Under the pieces are notes generated by a model. That model was given only the letters and a program-made list of their open reading frames with translations, searched no databases and was not told the DNA's origin. A DNA stretch of 64,000 bases from Octopus vulgaris (taxonomy: Eukaryota), in NCBI GenBank assembly GCA_951406725.2, contig OX597823.1, positions 27,528,001 to 27,592,000 of the forward strand. Reading direction: 5' to 3'. The translations under genes were made by a program, and so were the position numbers. Below are positions 11,873 to 26,187 of the stretch, one piece after another (within the stretch, counting starts at the first letter, position 1; each line of letters opens with the position of its first letter).

Positions 11873-12810
11873 GATTGATTGATTGATTGATTGATTCCAG
11901 TTCCAGCCTATGAGCTGTGGCCATGCTGGGGCACCGCCATTTGGTGTTGCTACTTGGTTTTACTTCATGGGGGCTTTCTAGCAACTGCTATTTGGTGCAT
12001 GAGAGAGTTCTTGCAGCTGCCCTCATCTGCCCCTCCTGCCGTGAAGTTGGTTCATCTGGGACACCTGACAGGAAGAGATCCAGCTTCATTTTAAAGACAT
12101 CTGTATCCACCCCATGCAGGTCTCTCAGGTTCTTCGGGAGGATATTGAAGAGCTGTGGGCCTTCGAAGCCCAGGCTATCACAGAATCTTGTCCTACATCT
12201 TGATGGTTCAGGTTTGGAGTCCTAGGCACATTTATTCTATATTACTAGCAGTATCGCCCGGCGTTGCTCAGGTTTGTGATTGACCTTTGGGGAATAACTA
12301 TAAATTTTGCATTTTTGTAGAGAGTTATAGCCAAAAAGTAGCAAAAAAATGGAGAAGAGAAGGATAATAGCGTGGGAATCTCTCGACTGGAAGGTTCTGA
12401 GAATCCAGGAACACATTCTGCGGGCCATGTCAACTTTGCTGCTTATATGTGTAGCCCAGCTTATGTTGTTGTCCACTGTTACTCCCAGGTCTCTGATGTT
12501 GTTGGATGCCATGAGAATTTCTCCAGAAGGAAGAGAGTATGGAGTTTCAGAGCGTCCTCCCTTCCAAAGTGGATCAGTTCGAATTTGTCTTCATTTAGCA
12601 ACATGTTATTCTTTTCCGCCCATTGGACAACAGCTAGTAGGTCTGACTGAAGGTTTATTCAGGTCATCCACGCCATTGATGACCTTCTGGAGCTTGGAAT
12701 CATCAGCGAAGGTTCTGATGTTGCTGTGTTTGATGGTGTCAGTAATATCATTTATGTAGATGATGAAGAGAAGTGGGCCCAACACAGTGCCTTATACACC
12801 ACTGCTGACT
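11873..12810 (-). mobile_element. CR1/L2-group LINE 3' remnant (RT, C-terminus, 3' UTR, (CAAT)n tail), internally deleted and interrupted by a Helitron end
   Basis: GTVLGPLLFIIYIND..TFADDSK; IRDLGVTVDNNISWATHI; GPQLFNILPKNLR..VFKMKLDLFLSGVPDEP; microsatellite tail at 11873-11896. Confidence 0.85.
12245..12350 (-). mobile_element. Helitron 3' end fragment (same family as 41306-41706)
   Basis: Minus strand reads ...acaaacctgagcaacgccgggcgatactgCTAG|t, identical to 41674-41707. Confidence 0.75.
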
Positions 12811-12940
12811 TTATGGGCTATATACATATCGCTACTATATATACATATATATCTATTATATAGGATAGCACTTGATCCATTGCATATATCATGACATATA
12901 TATTATACATATATATATCTTATATCATACCCTATAAAGG

Positions 12941-13500
<560 letters not shown>

Positions 13501-13503
13501 TAT

Positions 13504-13562
<59 letters not shown>

Positions 13563-14085
13563 AATGTATAGATCGATAGATGACTATTGAAAGGTTTGAA
13601 CATTGATAGTGTCTGTATGAATGAATGTGTGTACGTACGTATGGGCATGTGTGTGTTTGTGCGCGTGTGGCTCTTAAATTTTGTATCAGGGTATGTGTGC
13701 TTATGCACATCACACACATACATTCATGTCCATATTCATAAGCGCGCAAATGTCCTTCATGCAAGGTAACTTTACATCACAAAAAAAAGACCCAGTGACA
13801 GATATACAGAAAGACACGCAAATAAACAAACATAGACACACACAATCACGCTCACACAGAGTCATACACACACACACACATACACACACACACACACACG
13901 CGCGCATATACACACACGCACACAAACACAAACACACATTACATTGACGAAAACAAGAACTGTCGAAAGCTGAAGAACAATGTGACTATGAGCGCGCGTG
14001 CGTCTGTATATATATATATATATATATAAAGAGAGAGAGAGAGAAAGAAAAGAGATATTTTATTTAAAACCAGAAATATCACAAA

Positions 14086-14128
14086 AACTGTTACTCAGGA
14101 GTTTCACCTTCCCGTTCGTCGGACACTT
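14086..14128 (-). ncRNA. Minimal hammerhead motif (family with ACG-GNAA-CGT stem II)
   Basis: Minus strand reads aagtgt CCGACGA ACG-GGAA-GGT GAAA CTC-ct-GAG TA acagtt. One core substitution (U4C). Confidence 0.6.
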
Positions 14129-14137
14129 TAGTTAGAA

Positions 14138-14173
14138 AACAGTCTGACAAGGGATAACGTGAAACTTTGAGTA
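14138..14173 (+). ncRNA. Minimal hammerhead motif, divergent partner of 14086-14128
   Basis: aacagt CTGACAA GGG-ATAA-CGT GAAA CTTTGAG TA, running directly into (TA)n at the predicted cleavage site. Confidence 0.5.
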
Positions 14174-14188
14174 TATATATATATATAT

Positions 14189-14407
<219 letters not shown>

Positions 14408-14410
14408 CAC

Positions 14411-14713
<303 letters not shown>

Positions 14714-15049
14714 AATTTGTATCGTAAATGCAGAACAAACATTTCAAAGAGATACGAATATTATATAAAGTTCGCCAAACTGACAGAAAGTTCGATTTTT
14801 TCAAATTATTGACAATCAGTGAGTTCCCACTTTAATACCCAAAAATTTAGATTTTTTTTTGTAAATATTACAACATATATGAAAGTGTGTGTGCACATGC
14901 ATGTAAATATGTATATGTAAGTGGGTATATGCATATAAATATATATATACATGCATACACACATATATGCGTGAGTGTGCGTATATGTATGTATGTATAT
15001 ATATGTATATATACATAATGTATACATGTATATGTGTCTTTATATGTAC

Positions 15050-15098
<49 letters not shown>

Positions 15099-15277
15099 CA
15101 TATGTATACATACACACACATACACACACTTACACACCCTCACGCACGCACACACTCGCGCACACATTGACTACATGTACAGGTGTGTATCTGTGTATGT
15201 ATGAGTATTAACAATAAAAAAAGAAAGATAAAAAATATTTCTTTCAAAGACATTACAATATATATCTATATCTACAA

Positions 15278-15323
<46 letters not shown>

Positions 15324-15369
15324 CATACATACATACATACATACATACATACATACATACATACATACA

Positions 15370-15403
<34 letters not shown>

Positions 15404-15494
15404 CATACATACATACGTACATACATAGAATATACACTTCTATGTTTCATACTTTAATTACACACAGTCGGTAACCCAGTTAATGTAAATATAT

Positions 15495-15724
15495 ATTTCT
15501 TTACTACCCACAAGGGGCTAAACACAGAGGGGACAAACAAGGACAGACAAACGGATTAAGTCGATTACATCGACCCCAGTGCGTAACTGGTACTTAATTT
15601 ATCGACCCCGAAAGGATGAAAGGCAAAGTCGACCTCGGCGGAATTTGAACTCGGAACGTAACGACAAATGAAATACGGCTACGAATTTCGCCCGGCGTGC
15701 TAACGTTTCTACCAGCTCGCCGCC
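15495..15724 (-). mobile_element. SINE family C, tail type 1
   Basis: Homology to 4283-4512. Further copies at ~16627-16760(+), 31943-32163(-), 48436-48667(+), 49869-50094(-), 52442-52668(-), 54075-54188(+), 62867-63070(-). Confidence 0.9.
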
Positions 15725-15898
15725 TTTAATGTATATATATAGAGATGTGTGTCTGTGTGCGTGTACATATATATATAATATATATATACCGGAGTAAACA
15801 CATAAATGTGAAACAAGGTGGAAAAAAGAGTACTCAAATACCAGTGGTAGAGTAATATGCTTTATTTTAAGCAGCAGAAAATTCAACAAAATCTGTTA

Positions 15899-15935
15899 CG
15901 TCTGATGAACGGCAACGAGAAACTCAGAGTAACAG
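15899..15935 (+). ncRNA. Minimal hammerhead motif inside a perfect 40-bp inverted repeat
   Basis: cgt CTGATGA ACG-GCAA-CGA GAAA CTC-a-GAG TA acag. IR arms 15860-15899 and 15929-15968. Flanks are homologous to 14054-14100. Confidence 0.7.
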
Positions 15936-16065
15936 ATTTTGTTGAATTTTCTGCTGCTTAAAATAAAGTATATAATATATATATATATATATACGTAAGT
16001 GTATATGTGTGCTTACTCACTGATACTCGTACACACATACACATGAGATATTTTGCTCTTAAATG

Positions 16066-16096
<31 letters not shown>

Positions 16097-17056
16097 TTTA
16101 TAATTATTTCACAATATTTTTCCGAAACCCACCCGTTTCCCTTTAGTACATTTCTTTTTTATTCACAATTCTTCTTCGCTTCTGTTTGTTATATGAAATA
16201 TTTTACTCTTCATTTTTATTATCGCTTGAAATAATCATCGAGTTTTTTGCTTTCTTTGTTTGTTTGTTTTTTCTATCATTTAAATATTTTTTTCTATTTT
16301 CTCTATCGTTTGTATTTTTAACATTTTCTATTATTCTTTTTTCTCTCTTGTTGGCAACTGGAGCAATGCTGGTGACATCATAAGTAAGGCATCAGGCTGA
16401 AATCTTTATAAACTTATTGAAAGGACATTTCTTAGTTACACCATCTACAGGAAATACAATATTTATGCTTCCTGCACTGCTCAGTACAAGTGTGTTAGTT
16501 GACTGAAAATACATTTGAAGTAAGGAGACATTGATAAACTGTCAGTGAATATTGCTAATCAAATCTGATCAAGGAGAAAGAACGACAACTCTGCAATTTT
16601 AACTAATTATAATTAGACAATATATATTTGCCTTTCATCCTTTCGGGGTCGATAAATTAAGTACCAGTTTCGCACTGGGGTCGATGTAATCGACTTAATC
16701 CCTTTGTCTGTCCTTGTTTGTCCCCTCTGTGTTTAGCCCCTTGTGGGTAGTAAACAAATAAATATATATTTTATGCACAACACAGCAAAAATAAGAAGTA
16801 AAATAATTTTTACCAGATTAATAGCTTAACTTATGATTGCTACATGAAGCTAATCAGAATTGTCTGCTGTTGATTGGTGAAAGAGATTTGCTTCTCTGAG
16901 GAACAATCAACAACTCGTAAAACAGTCTGTTAAATGACTGCCACCCTAGATTTATTCCACCTGCCGCCTAAATACAGCGTCGGTAACTTTTCAATCTTTG
17001 TTTAACTATATCAGTTAGCGGCCGATTTTCGCTTACAATGCGGTGCCTATGTGTAC

Positions 17057-17101
17057 TTGTTACTGACGAAGTTCAAAGAAACAGAAATACGTATTTAGCA
17101 A
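17057..17101 (+). ncRNA. Type I hammerhead ribozyme motif with palindromic stem III
   Basis: ttgtta CTGACGA aGTTC-aaa-GAAACa GAAA TACGTA TT tagcaa. Stem I is 6 bp (one G-U), the core is intact, and stem III is the palindrome ATACGTAT. Confidence 0.75.
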
Positions 17102-17362
17102 TGCTACCGCCGCTACTGAGCGACTTTCGTCAGCTTCTGGTATATTTCTGTGTTTTTAACACTATTTTTCAGTGAGATGTGTTTCCTTGATACCACACGG
17201 TCATGTCTGTATTAATGTATGTGTATGTGCTTGTGTGTATGTATATACACACACATGTGCGTATATATATATATACATTCATATATACACAATTATATAT
17301 ACGCATACAAATATATATATATATATGTATGTATATATATACATATATATATATATATATAA

Positions 17363-17394
<32 letters not shown>

Positions 17395-17749
17395 TTGTGT
17401 GTGTGTGTATCTTGTGAGAGTCATAATGTCCATAATAAACACACGCACTAGATCTATTTCACTTTTATTATTCTTAACCAACTAGTTAACTCGGTAACCA
17501 ATTAACAAATCGAATGTTTGATTGATTAATTATTCGGTCAATCAATAAGTTATGTAGGTTCGTCAATGATCTTTCGCCGCTATTTGTTTGTCGCATCAAC
17601 GACATGCACTCTCTATTTTATAAAATAGAGCTGTCCGGTGGTCAGTTTGATCTTGTAACAGCAGGGCAATTGATTAGTTAAATGGCTACATGGTTAACTG
17701 TTTGACTAATCATGAGAAGTAAAATATATTACAACCAATTCATGTGTTT

Positions 17750-18107
17750 ATTCTTTTCCACACTAGGCACAAGGCCCTAAATTATGGGGGAGGGGGCCAG
17801 TCGATTAGATCGACCCCAGTACGCAACTGGTACTTAATTTATCGACCCCGAAAGGATGAAAGGCAGACGAAATAACGCTAAGCATTTCGCCCGGCGTGCT
17901 AACTCTTCTGCCAGCTCGCTGCCTTAAATATTCTTTTCTTCTCTAGGCACATAGGCCGAAATTTTGGGGGAGGGGGTCAGTCGATTAGATCTACCCTAGT
18001 ACGCAACTGGTGCTTAATTTATCGATCCCAAAAGGATAAAAGTCAAAGCCGACCTCGGCGGAATTTGAACTCAGAACATAAGGACAGGCGAAATACCTAT
18101 TTCTTTA
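17750..18107 (-). mobile_element. Tandem SINE family C copies, tail type 2
   Basis: Two ctaggcac..ggggaggggYcagtcgattagatc units. Further type 2 copies at ~21635-21825, 38529-38707, 46435-46650, 53555-53753, 58499-58790, 59800-60003, 60570-61150. Confidence 0.85.
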
Positions 18108-18109
18108 CT

Positions 18110-18268
18110 AGCTAGCAAGGGTGGCCATCTTAGCAACTGAGGGCATGTCTGAAAGGGCGACTATGAACAGCAGTGGCTCCAAGACAGTGCCCTGTGGAAT
18201 ACCGCTTGTTATTTGTGTTTCTTTGGAGGTGGCTCCATTGGCCACAACTGCCTGCCTTCTATCTTTGA
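18110..18268 (-). mobile_element. LINE reverse transcriptase fragment (CR1/L2 group)
   Basis: KDRRQAVVANGATS..ITSGIPQGTVLEPLLFIV. Confidence 0.8.
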
Positions 18269-18472
18269 TATATATACATATATATATATATATTATAACA
18301 ATAATTAAGGGTTTAGCAACAAGTTGCTTCACCACATACCGAAAATTTAGAAATAGCAGCCAAAAGACCGCTATTTTTTTTTTCTACAAAATATGACTCC
18401 ACAGATAACAATATTTGTAACTCACATAGGTTAAAAAGAAGAAAAATAATTAAATCAAACAGTCTTCGATTA

Positions 18473-18530
18473 ATTATGGACGCGCTTCTGGATTAGAATT
18501 ATAAAAATTCATTTCCTTTGTTAACATAAT
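18473..18530 (-). ncRNA. Fossil hammerhead motif
   Basis: Minus strand reads attatg TTAACAA aGGA...GAATT...AATTC...TCCa GAAG CGCG TC cataat. Stem I is a perfect 6 bp and stem III is CGCG, but the core has decayed by transitions. Confidence 0.5.
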
Positions 18531-18849
18531 ATTTCGAGAATTATAAACTTGAAAATGCCAGAAAAACTTACCCTTTGCATTTCCGACCAAGCGCCATCGG
18601 AACATAACACAAGGTAGTCAGCATATTCAAACTTATATAGACGTGTGAATTCGTATTTCCCTCCCAAATTACCATGTGCGTGCGTCACAAGATAGGACCG
18701 CAGAAAAACATCCGCAGATTTGTTACCAGGGAGTGAAATAAGCATTACAGATATAGGGTAAGGAATTATTAATTTAATAGATTAATTTTACCAAATATTT
18801 TCGGTTTGGAAAAGAACCATATTCGGTAAAAAAAAAAACTTATACAAAA

Positions 18850-19145
18850 AGAAACGTTAGCACGCCGGGCGAAATACTTAACGGTATTTCATCTGCCGTT
18901 ACGTTCTGAGTTCAAATTCCGCCGAGGTCGACTTTGCCTTTCATCCTTTCGGGGTCGATAAATTAAGCACCAGTTACGCACTGGGGTCGATGTAATCGAC
19001 TTAATCCGTTTGGCTGTCCTTGTTTGTCCCCTCTGTGTTTAGCCCCTTCTGGGTAGTAAAGAAATAAGAAACTTTAGCACGCCAGGCGAAAGGCTTAGCG
19101 GTATTTCGTCTGTCTTTACGCTCTGAGTTCAAATTCCACCGGAAT
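18850..19145 (+). mobile_element. Head-to-tail SINE family C dimer
   Basis: Tail aaagaaata followed directly by agaaactttagcacgcc. Confidence 0.85.
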
Positions 19146-19379
19146 TTATATACAATCATAAATATTTAGGGATGAAAAAAGTTTTTAAAAATATATAAAC
19201 ATAATTATCTGTGCTGTATAAAGTGGACAACTATGCCAAAAGGCGGTATTCATATTTATTCAATCCATTTCAAATTGTCGAAACACTCCAAAATGTACAC
19301 AGGTGCGTTCACATATCAAAATTTATAAACATAATTATCTGTGGTGCATAAAGTGGACAACTATGCCATTTACTTCTTC

Positions 19380-19421
<42 letters not shown>

Positions 19422-19586
19422 GAAGTAAATGGCATAGTTGTCCACTTTATACACCACAGATAATTATATATATAATTAGCGCTCTAATAGAGCTTCAGGA
19501 ATATAAAATTGAGAAAGAGAGAAACAAATTTCAAAAGTCGGTATTCATATTATATATATATATATATATATATATAAGTGTGTGTG

Positions 19587-19623
<37 letters not shown>

Positions 19624-20122
19624 ATCAAGAAGGAGAGAAACAATTTTCAAAGGTCGGTATTCATATTCATTCAATCCATTTCAAATTATCGGAATTCTCC
19701 TCAGATATACGAAGATTTGTAAATATATAGACATATGTAAACGTATAAACATATAAATATAAATACATACAAGTATTTGCGATGTTGAATGTCCTCATAG
19801 GAGTCAATGGGGAGGGTAGATGAGTAAGTTAATATAAACTGATTTAAGTGGAATCCTATTACAGTACACTCATTCATGATTCCTCTCAAACCATTTTATA
19901 TTTATTTTCTCATCTATCCTCCTCATTGATTCTTATAAGGACATGCAACCTCGCAAGGACATCTATGCATTTATATTTATATGATTATATGTTTATAAAT
20001 TTTTATACGTGAACGCACCAGTGTACATTGTGGAGAGTTTCGACAATTTGAAATGGACTGATTAAACTGTCCCTTTCGTTTTATTTTCTCATATATTCTC
20101 TCCTTGTTTCTTTTCTGTGTAT

Positions 20123-20156
20123 CTTTCTGGAAGAGCGTAGGCTCGAAACGTAAAAG
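20123..20156 (+). ncRNA. Hammerhead-like motif in a ~170-bp (TA)n-embedded repeat (copy 1, ~20090-20255)
   Basis: cttt CTGGA a GAGC-gtag-GCTC GAAA CG TA aaag. The core is shortened by 2 nt. Confidence 0.5.
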
Positions 20157-20299
20157 TCTTGTTTTATTTCTATTCCAGAGCGCCATACTAATACAATTGT
20201 TTGTTTGTACTCCACCTGCCTTCGTCTTTTGTTTATTTTCGTAAACCTTCCCGTTATATATATATATATATCTCCATACTAGGATAATTCATTCAACTA

Positions 20300-20343
<44 letters not shown>

Positions 20344-20348
20344 CATAT

Positions 20349-20386
<38 letters not shown>

Positions 20387-20857
20387 CTAATATATATGTA
20401 TATACACACACTTACGGCAAATAAGAATGGAGAGGATACAAAAACGGCATACGTCAGTCGGTAGACATTCTAGTATGTCTATTTATTCCAAAGTATTAGA
20501 AAGTATTAGAATACACACACATGTACTGATATTACAGAAAAGATCAAAAGATCAGATTGACAGTAGATTCTAGTCCCTTACGGCTGTTTCTGCCAAGAGG
20601 TAATGAAATCCTCCATGACATCTCCATCTCCTCAGTGTTCTGCAGGGATGGGCAGATAAAGTTTGGATGATGAATGTGCCTCTAGGGTAAAACAACATTT
20701 TACCCCCACCAATATAAAACACTCAATTGCGAGATTGCCACGCAATAACCAGCACTTGGGTATGAATAATTGGGCACACAACCAGTAGTAAACTATCCCT
20801 TAGTTGGTTGGTTTCCCCACAACCGCTAACTCACACAGAAATATATATATATATATA

Positions 20858-21228
20858 CTCTTTACTCTTTTACTTGCTGCAGTCATTTGACTGTGGCCAT
20901 GCTGGAGCACCGCTTTTAGTCGAGCAAATCGACCCCAGAACTTATCCTTTGTAAGCCTAGTACTTATTCTCTCGGTCTCTTTTGCCGAACCGCTAAGTTA
21001 CGGGGGCGTAAGCACACCAGCATCGGTTGTCAAGCGATGTCGGAGAGACAAACACTGACACAAACATACACACACACACATATATATATATACATATATA
21101 CGACGAGCTTCTTTCAGTTTCCATCTACCAAATCCACTCACAAGGCTTTGGTCGGCCCGAGGTATAGTGGAAGACACTTGCCAAGGTACCACGCATTGGG
21201 ACTGAACCCGGAACCATGTGGTTGGTAA
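20858..21228 (-). mobile_element. SINE family B
   Basis: Homology to 5603-5998. Confidence 0.88.
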
Positions 21229-21264
21229 TTTTCCTATTTTCTCTCCCTGTTTATTTTTGTGTTC

Positions 21265-21300
21265 CTTTCTGTCGAAGAGCGTAGGCTCGAAATATAAAAG
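21265..21300 (+). ncRNA. Hammerhead-like motif, same repeat (copy 2, ~21230-21392)
   Basis: cttt CTGTCGA a GAGC-gtag-GCTC GAAA TA TA aaag. A third, decayed copy is at 51822-51857 on the minus strand. Confidence 0.55.
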
Positions 21301-21390
21301 ACTTTCTCATTTCCCGAGCGTTAAACTAATACATCCGTTTGTTGTTTACATAACCGTCTTCGTCTTGTTTTTGTTTTTGTAAATTCTCGC

Positions 21391-21496
<106 letters not shown>

Positions 21497-22288
21497 GTAG
21501 ATATGTATACAACTATATACATACTCACATATACATACTCATATATACATGCATATGTATATGTGTGTATATGTGCATCTTGGTGTGGGAACGAAAGGAA
21601 CATTGTTGTTTGTAAACCCGCCTCACTAATACTGGTTTGAAATTTTAGCACAAGGCCAGCAATTTTCATTATATCGACACCCCAATGCGTAACTGGTACT
21701 TATTTTATCGACCCCAGAAAGATGAAAAGTCAACCTCGATGGAATTTGAACTCAGAACGTAAAGACGGACGAAATGCCACTAAGCATTTTGTCCGGCGTG
21801 CTAACGATTCGGCCAGCTCGCCGTCCTATCTACCTCACTAATATTGACAGATTTGAGCCAACAATTGAAACATGATGTCGTCATTTTTATATTTCATGGC
21901 AAATATATTGATGTTATTTTTTGTTTTTATTACTCCAGAAACTTCACTGGTCCAGTCAAATGTGATAAAATAAAGTTGTGAAAATATAATCAACCAATGC
22001 TGTTGTTTTTGTTTTGTTTTTCTCGTTGTTCGAAATCGTTCAGACGGTTATCATAATTACATTCTTTCGTTGTCTGACTGCAAACCCCTTTGAAATCAAC
22101 TTTGCTTTTCGTTCTTCTTTCCTGTTGAGATCGATCAAGAGAAGCATTAGTCAAATACTAGAGTGAGTCGATTTCAAGCCGTGTGCCTATATGTACGTGA
22201 GTTGTGTGTGTTTATGTATGTGCGTATATATTTATGTACGTGTGCATGTATTAATGTGTGTGTTTGTATATATATATATTTTTCGTTA

Positions 22289-22326
<38 letters not shown>

Positions 22327-22328
<2 letters not shown>

Positions 22329-23208
22329 CAATAAGTATCCGGACTGTTGCCAAAGGAACGACCCTAAAGCATGCAGTGAAACCACTTCGCACAGATTGAC
22401 CTTGAACCCTGCTGTGGATGCGCACTAAGTTTTAACGTCCTAGCTCACTTCTGTTGTTTACAACAGTGCTTGGAAGGAAGGTGTGTAGTGTGTGATCGTC
22501 GCATTGACCATGACAGAGAAAGTTGTCATGGTGAAACTTGCACAGATGCCTACACAAAGCTGCAGAAAGTGTATGGAGAGGAGTGTATGAACCGCACACA
22601 AGTGTACAAGTGGTTCAGATATTTTCAAGATGGCCGAAAAAATGTCGATATTGACAAAAGTTCTGGGAGGGCCCGCAACCAGCAGAACTGAGAAAAACAT
22701 CACTGATGTGGGTGCAGCTGTGAGAGGAAATTATCGAATCACCATCCGTGAGTTATCAGAGGATGTGCCGATTAGTTGCGGTTCAGTTCGGTCCATTATC
22801 ACTGAAGATTTGGGTATGAGACACGTGTCTGCCACGTTTGTGCCCAAACTGCTTTCAGCTGACTAAAAAGACACTCGAGTTTCAGTTGCACAAGATCTCC
22901 TTGATTGTGTCGAGAATGATAAAAACCATTTCAAAACTTTGCGTAGACCTCTGAGCAGGTATCGGCAAGCTTTTTTCAAAATTTGATGCAGATTCTCTGC
23001 TGAACTTTCTCTCTCATGGTCAATGCGTCGATCACACGCAATACACGTTCCTTCCCAGCACTACTGTAAACAGCGGAAGTGAGCTAGGACATTAAAGCTA
23101 AGTGCACGTGTACAGCAGAGTTCAAGGTCAGTCTGTGCCAAGCGGCTTCATACTCCATGCTTTAGCTTCCTTACTATAGTAACAGTCCAGATACTTATTG
23201 GTCAGACC
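22327..23208 (+). mobile_element. Mariner derivative made of two 5' ends in inverted orientation
   Basis: Transposase N-terminus KLQKVYGEECMNRTQVYKWF..RITIRELSE..DLGMRHVSATFVPKLL. The right end (~22930-23208) is an inverted copy of TIR, 5' UTR and MREKVQQRICIKF. Confidence 0.85.
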
Positions 23209-23223
23209 ACACACACACACACG

Positions 23224-24550
<1,327 letters not shown>

Positions 24551-24641
24551 TATATAAAGTAAAAAGACAGATAAACACATGAAGGCTTGGTATTTTTGCA
24601 AGAGATACAAAACAAATAAACGGAGTTATGTAACAATCTTA

Positions 24642-24705
24642 TCTTGACAACTGTTTCGAGTAACCTATGGTTAATGCCATAACAACGTCTATTACGTAAT
24701 CAAGA
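24642..24705 (-). ncRNA. Degenerate hammerhead motif
   Basis: Minus strand reads tct TGATTA cGTAAT...TATGG-cattaa-CCATA-g-GTTACtc GAAA CAGTTG TC aaga. Confidence 0.4.
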
Positions 24706-25196
24706 CCCATAATGTCATTGGTGTATGTAATAATATGGGTTCCTGTAGATCTGTGAGGCAAAGTTATTTTACCTTCATAAGAAGAATGTTACTGAAAACG
24801 TATTTCATAGCAGCTCATATGTAGGTCTGTACGGCAATGGAGTAGAGTGGAGCGAGGCAAAACTTAATGGGAAAGATAAGAAGAGAGAGAAGGCGGGTAA
24901 TTAAAACGGATTTAATGTTATAAAGATATCAGCTGGTGACAATCAGGGGATAGATAGATAAAATAGATTCTAAGTGTAAAGAAACGACCAAGACAACGAA
25001 GAGGTCTATCAAAATGTCAAACTATAGGCAACAGTAGGAAACGCTTGGTGTTAGGTCGTAAATATCAGTAGCGTAGATAAAGTAGGGTTTAAAGAAGAAC
25101 ATAAGAAAGCGACTGAACAATGGAGCGATTGTATAAGGGTATAAGTTCGTAGAGTGCGAAGGGAGGGTAGGTGCGCTGGTATGAGAGGAAGAAGTA

Positions 25197-25812
25197 ATTT
25201 TTTCTACTTTAGGCACAAGGCCCGAAATTTTGCGGGGAGTGGCCAGTCGATTAGACGCAATAGGCACTTAATTTATCGATCCCGAAAACAAAGTCGATCA
25301 CGGTGGAATTTGAACTCAGAACGTAAAGACAGACGAAATATCGCTAAGCATTTCGCCCAGCTTGCTAACGTTTCTACCAGCTTTCCGCCTTCGTAGGGCG
25401 ATATATATTTATTTCTTTATTGCCCACAGGGTGCTAAATATAGAGGGGACAACAAGGACAGACAAATGGATTAAGTCGATTACATCTATTCCAGTGCGTA
25501 TCTGGTACTTAATTTATCGACTCCGAAATGATGACAGGCAAAGTCGACCTCGGTGGAAACCTCAGGACGTAAAGACAGACGAAATACCTATTTCTTTACC
25601 ACCCACAAGGGGCTAAACACAGAGAGGACAAACACGGACAGACAAACGGATTTAGTCGATTACATCGACCCAGTGCGTAACTGGTACTTATTTAATCGAC
25701 CCCGAAAGGATGAAAGGCAAAGTCGACCTCGGCGGAATTTGAACGTGGCGGCAGACGAAATACTGCTAAGCATTTCGCCCGGCGTGCTAACGTTTCTGCC
25801 AGCTCGCCGCCT
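25197..25812 (-). mobile_element. Trimer of SINE family C units enclosed by one 17-bp direct repeat
   Basis: tatgagaggaagaagta at 25180-25196 and 25813-25829. Confidence 0.85.
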
Positions 25813-26027
25813 TATGAGAGGAAGAAGTATGACAGAGTTACGATATTGTAGTACATTTGCTAGGAGCAAGAATTACAACTAAAACATAAAAGGGGAAAGC
25901 TCGTTCTTATGGTAAAGTTATATGGGTTAAGGGTAAAAAGTTGTTTTGTATAACTTATATCGGCGCATGGAAATTACGCCAGAGAAACTATTTAGTAGGG
26001 AGATCTTATACATACATACACGCACAC

Positions 26028-26118
26028 AAGTTGACTCGATGTGAAAAACATCCGTGAGATATTTCGACAAACGCTTCGGCAATTCAGCTACTCTCCACGT
26101 TAATTACACTAACGCACG

Positions 26119-26187
<69 letters not shown>

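Noticed and set aside
12700-12715. CTGATGA on the minus strand
   Set aside because: It is the FADD codons of the LINE RT, with no GAAA or stem III.
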